From Thermoproteota archaeon (GTDB lineage: Archaea; Asgardarchaeota; Njordarchaeia; Njordarchaeales; Panguiarchaeaceae), in contig JANJXX010000003.1 in NCBI GenBank assembly GCA_024720975.1, forward strand, positions 85,543-149,542: DNA of 64,000 nucleotides, read 5' to 3'. The first letter of the stretch is position 1. The number at the start of each line of letters is the position of its first letter. Positions 60,024 to 64,000 of the stretch are shown piece after piece. The position numbers and the translations under genes were made by a program. The notes under the pieces were generated by a model. It was given only the letters and a program-made list of their open reading frames with translations. It ran no database searches and was not told the origin of the DNA.

Positions 60024-61990
60024 CTATGCCACCTTAATGCGCCTTCAATCTCCAGAAGTATTGGTTCTAGGAAAACGTTTGGTATAGTTATAGCCCCACT
60101 GGGACACGCCGCCGCACAAATGCCACAGCCAATACATAAGGCTTCGTCAACGGTAATTTTGCTAAGTGACCCTTCTTTTTCTATCGATAAGGCGCTAAAT
60201 GGACACACACGGACACATATCAAGCACTTAGAGCACAGTTCGTCGTTAACTTTTGCTTTGAACGGTTCAAGTTCCAGCTCGCCCTTTGCAAGGAAGCTTA
60301 TAACTCTGGCAGCGGCACCTTCAGCATGAGCAACTGAGTCTGGTATATCTTTGGGACCTTGAGCGACGCCAGCTACGAATATTCCCGCTATGGGAGTTGC
60401 TGTTGGATCTAATTTAGGATGCTTTTCGAGGATAAAGCCATCTGAACTCCTGGGAATTCGCAAAATCTCGGAGATCTTTTCATGATCTTTTGATGATTGC
60501 AGTCCCGTGCTTAGGATTACTAAGTCTGCTTCTATGTTAAGTATTTTGTCTGTTGAGGCATCGTATACCTGCACGATTACCTTCCCATCATGATCTTCCT
60601 TAAGTTCAGAGGGAAGTCCTTTTATGAATATTATCCCCCTTTCTCTGGCTCCTTTATAGAATTCTTCAAAACCTTTACCAAATGCTCTGATCTCGGGGGC
60701 ACATATATATATTGTAGCATCCTTGAGTTTTTCTTTTGCGATTATTGCATGTTTTATTGATTCTACGCAACCGATTCGACAACAATATTCATTATAGTTT
60801 ACATTCCTGAAGCCAACACACTGTATAAAAACTAAAGTCCTGGGCTCCTTTCCGTCACTGGGACGTATAATTTCACCATTCGTTGGACCGGCCACATTAG
60901 TGAGTATCTCGAACTGAATGCCTGTGATTACATTCCTGAACTTTCCATAGCCATACTCAACTACTCTAGATGCGTCAAAAGGCTCTCCACCTATCGCTAC
61001 TATTATCGCTCCAAAGGTATCTTCAATTATCTCTTCATTCATATCAAATTTGATCGCATCCCTGTCACATGCTTTATAACATAAACCACAGACATCCCTT
61101 TTAAGTTTAAGCCTTAAGCAGGCATTTGGATCTATTAAATACGCGTTAGGATATGCCTGAGGAAACGGAATGCAAATTGCTTTTCTCTTACCAAGACCAA
61201 ACCACCATTCATTAGGGACTTCCACTGGACATTTCTCAGAGCAGTTTCCACATGCTACACACTTGGCTTCATCGACGTATCTGGGTTTCTTTAAAATTTT
61301 TACATGAAATTTCCCAGGTCCACCACGAACTTCAATTACCTCAGAGTTTGTGAGTATTTTTACATTATTAAGCTTTGTCACTTCTGAGATCCTTGGGGCG
61401 AGTATACATTGTGCGCAATCAAGTGTCGGAAAGGTTTTGTCAAAGAACATCATTTTACCCCCGATCGTAGGTGCTTTATCAACTATGGTTACCTCGTAAC
61501 CTGCCTTTGCCAATTCTATAGACGCATGAATGCCGGCGATGCCCCCGCCTATTACTAGAACTTTTCTTTGAACTTCTCTCTGTATCTCTTCAAGAGGAAC
61601 AAACGAAGAGACTTTTCTGATGGCCATTGCAATGATCCTTTTAGCTTTTTCCGTTGCTTTTTTTGGATCAGTATGAACCCACGAGCATTGCTCTCGAATA
61701 TTTGACATTTCTAGCAGATATTTATTGAGTGATGTCTCTGCAACTGCTCTTCTGAAGGTCTCCAAATGCATTGAAGGCGAACATGCAGCTACAACAACCC
61801 TGTTTATACCAAGCTTCTTTATGTCCTCCTTTATAAGGTTCTGCCCCGTAGACGAACACATATAAACGTAATCTCTTGCAATAATGACTCCGGGCAATTT
61901 TGATGCAAAATCTCTTAATTCACTTACGTTTACTGTGCCAGCAATATTTTTGCCACAGTGACATATATAAACGCCTATCCTTGCTTCCAA
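60008..61990 (-). CDS. hdrA: Heterodisulfide reductase subunit A
   Basis: 'IGVYICHCGKNI', 'AACSP..H', 'NIREQCSWVH', GGGIAG, 'DKTFPTLDC..C', inserted and C-terminal ferredoxins, 'GPKDIPDS'. Confidence 0.96.
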   Translation of the reverse strand: MEARIGVYICHCGKNIAGTVNVSELRDFASKLPGVIIARDYVYMCSSTGQNLIKEDIKKLGINRVVVAACSPSMHLETFRRAVAETSLNKYLLEMSNIREQCSWVHTDPKKATEKAKRIIAMAIRKVSSFVPLEEIQREVQRKVLVIGGGIAGIHASIELAKAGYEVTIVDKAPTIGGKMMFFDKTFPTLDCAQCILAPRISEVTKLNNVKILTNSEVIEVRGGPGKFHVKILKKPRYVDEAKCVACGNCSEKCPVEVPNEWWFGLGKRKAICIPFPQAYPNAYLIDPNACLRLKLKRDVCGLCYKACDRDAIKFDMNEEIIEDTFGAIIVAIGGEPFDASRVVEYGYGKFRNVITGIQFEILTNVAGPTNGEIIRPSDGKEPRTLVFIQCVGFRNVNYNEYCCRIGCVESIKHAIIAKEKLKDATIYICAPEIRAFGKGFEEFYKGARERGIIFIKGLPSELKEDHDGKVIVQVYDASTDKILNIEADLVILSTGLQSSKDHEKISEILRIPRSSDGFILEKHPKLDPTATPIAGIFVAGVAQGPKDIPDSVAHAEGAAARVISFLAKGELELEPFKAKVNDELCSKCLICVRVCPFSALSIEKEGSLSKITVDEALCIGCGICAAACPSGAITIPNVFLEPILLEIEGALRWHRCMTL

Positions 61991-62017
61991 GAATAATCCC
62001 TCTACGTAGAAGAGGAT

Positions 62018-62455
62018 CTAACGACCAAGACGCTCCTTTATTTCCCTCTCTATCCAGTCCTTGATTTTGTCCGTTTGAGTTCCAGCTATCAGGTCTCCTA
62101 TATCTCTTTCTACATCATATGCCTCCATTACTAACAGCCACCCTTCATCATATGGACTTCTATTTATTAGGGATGGATCATCATACAGTCTTTCATTAAC
62201 ATATAGGACTTTACCACTGACAGGTGAGCGCAATCTTCCTACCCATTTTCCACTTTCGATTGTTACTATTACGTCGCCTTTGGAAAATTCTTCTCCGATG
62301 CGCGGAAGATCCACAAAGTCTATTCTTCCGGATTCCTTTGCCGCAAAATCGTCTATTCCAATACGTACTTTATTCTTTTCTATAGCTTTAACCCACAGGT
62401 GATCTTCTTTATGATAATATAAGTCCTCCGGAAACTCGTAGTTATGCACTTTCAT
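62018..62455 (-). CDS. Lipoate-binding protein (LbpA / GcvH-like)
   Basis: 'IESGKWVG' lipoyl-Lys motif, 'SPVSG...VN', 'INRSPYDEGW'. Confidence 0.92.
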   Translation of the reverse strand: MKVHNYEFPEDLYYHKEDHLWVKAIEKNKVRIGIDDFAAKESGRIDFVDLPRIGEEFSKGDVIVTIESGKWVGRLRSPVSGKVLYVNERLYDDPSLINRSPYDEGWLLVMEAYDVERDIGDLIAGTQTDKIKDWIEREIKERLGR

Positions 62456-63588
62456 AGAGTACCACCACGCATTATTGCTGAATCTGTCTTTTTAATTTGG
62501 GCGATTATACCTAGAATTTGAGAAACGAGCGTTTCATCATCACTGGTTACATTAAAGCCCAGATTTTGAAGCAAGTTGCTAGCATTGAAATTCTCCAACT
62601 CATTAATACTCTTATTTATCAGGGCCATTTCGAGTGAGTCTATGAGTTCTGGGCGACTAAGGAAGAAGTCTCCAGATATTGAAATATCTAAGATTTTCCC
62701 GTCTCTGACCTCAGCTATGATTCTTATCAACTTCTCTGCTTTTTCTGTGAGCTGGATTATATAGTGGTTTTCCATGATCTTTACTTGCTGTTTATTACCA
62801 AGCCTCTCCAACATTTCTCTATGCTTCTCTCGGCATCTAAATGTCCACTTGTTGTCTCAATACTTCCTCATGAGCATAGACATGTAATCTTTCTCATAGC
62901 TAGTGAGTTCTCCTTCAACAAACTCAATTCCAAAAGTTTCTTTGAAACATTCGATATATACCTTTTCAATTTCCTCCATCGATGGTTTTCTCCCTAGTTC
63001 TCTCTTTAGGGACGTAACCCACTCTCCTATACTCCTGACCACCTTGTCCCGCATTTTCTCATCAGGTATCTTAAGCACGGATGCAGTAACCTCTGGTTTG
63101 AAATCTGCAATAATATTACCGACGATAACTACGGCATTCCCGAAGGATACCGCCCCATTTCCCGAAGCCTTCCTATTGTTTACTATTACATCGTTAATTG
63201 GTCTATATTCAGCAGGAAGACCAAACCTCCTGTAAGTACAAACTGTTGGTCTGAGAAATCTCTTAAATAGCTCTCTTATACCTATAGGTGCATGTTTTCT
63301 GTTAACAATTATATGATAGAAAAACTGATCACTATCAAGATACACGGTACCGCCTCCGACCTGTCTCCGTACTAGTTCTATCCCCAGCTCTCTGCACTTA
63401 TTCAGGTCCACATCGAGCTCAGCAATTTGATGCACGCCTATGCATACGTATGGTCTGCTAGGCCAGCATATATGCAAAGTATTAGGAGCCTTACCACTAG
63501 CGACACTCTTAGCAATAGCCTCATATGATGCATGCACAGCAAGGGGTTCTAAGGCTCCACTCTTAACCAGTCTCCACTTTTCAACCAT
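62452..63588 (-). CDS. lplA: Lipoate-protein ligase, catalytic plus C-terminal domain in one frame, interrupted by an in-frame TGA at 62859-62857 (read-through, pseudogene or error)
   Basis: 'PYVCIG.HQ', 'RRQVGGGTVYLD', 'NDV...RKASGNG' motifs, then KY*DNKWTF continuing in frame to 'ISGDFF'. Confidence 0.85.
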
Positions 63589-63739
63589 ATTCATCACCAG
63601 AAGAATCCCATCCATAACAATATGTTTGGACTACTTGAGGATCAAACTGTACTAATTATCTTGTTTTGGATACTTTAGATTTAGAAAACTTACAAGGGGT
63701 ATAAAAATAGATTTGAGCAAGATCTGGATTCAGCTAGAT

Positions 63740-64000
63740 CTATTCCCTAGGAATGCTTTCCGGTGTCGCTTCAGGGGTAGCCACTAGTCCAAGTACATAT
63801 ACCTCTCTAAGTGGTGGTATTGCTTTCCTTAGAAATAGGTATAGCAATGTTATGCCGCCTGCAAATAGTGCTCTTTCAATTATAACGAGAGGTATAGCCA
63901 TATTCCAGTAAATTGCGGGTATGTTGAAAGCATATAAGAACATTACAGAACCAACACAATGATCTATGAAGGTTGCTCCTAACGAGTACAAATAGATCTT
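63740..64000 (-). CDS. C-terminal part of a membrane protein, possibly an ECF S-component (5' end off window)
   Basis: Frame open to the window edge; TM helices with 'TFIDH..GS' and 'W...IP....ER'. Confidence 0.55.
   Translation of the reverse strand, partial: KIYLYSLGATFIDHCVGSVMFLYAFNIPAIYWNMAIPLVIIERALFAGGITLLYLFLRKAIPPLREVYVLGLVATPEATPESIPRE

Noticed and set aside
62018-62455. Ordinary glycine cleavage system
   Set aside because: No gcvP, gcvT or gcvL is nearby, and the ESGKW motif and hdr context fit an LbpA-type carrier better than the ESVKA-type GcvH.
62857-62859. Selenocysteine or alternative genetic code as the explanation of the TGA
   Set aside because: TGA ends other genes at expected positions (e.g. 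840), HdrA uses Cys at its usual Sec-prone site, and I recognised no SECIS. Not formally excluded.
1-64000. tRNA, rRNA, CRISPR arrays, transposases or integrases
   Set aside because: By-eye scanning of intergenic regions found no cloverleaf/T-loop, regularly spaced repeats or mobile-element motifs.

Overview
Gene-dense, roughly 40% GC chromosomal segment of an archaeon. The evidence is GGTGA-type Shine-Dalgarno sites, many TTG/GTG starts, archaeal XPD, TtuA, HycI, an eL13-like domain and HdrABC. Charged-rich proteins suggest a thermophile, and eL13 plus a stand-alone WD40 protein fit a TACK/Asgard-type lineage (inference). About 50 CDS; I found no rRNA, tRNA, CRISPR array or mobile element. 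Much of the window is transport and metabolism: three ABC systems, two MFS transporters, HppA, fumarase, malic enzyme, HutG and nicotinamidase. The best candidate for an undescribed system is the 55.9-64 kb cluster: putative ECF S-component, lipoate ligase (interrupted by one in-frame TGA), LbpA/GcvH-like lipoyl carrier, methanogen-type HdrA-C-B, and a GlcD-like flavoprotein lacking the usual metal ligands with its CCG Fe-S partner. This suggests an HdrABC acting on a protein-bound lipoamide disulfide. Other oddities: a pyruvate kinase homologue with nearly every catalytic motif altered, coupled to an Fe-S serine dehydratase; an eL13 domain fused to an unknown domain; a 1988-aa membrane-anchored C25 protease on a macro-repeat beta-solenoid stalk; a membrane-anchored STAND-like ATPase; and a likely CTG start codon. 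All assignments come from motif recognition by eye; no database search was run.
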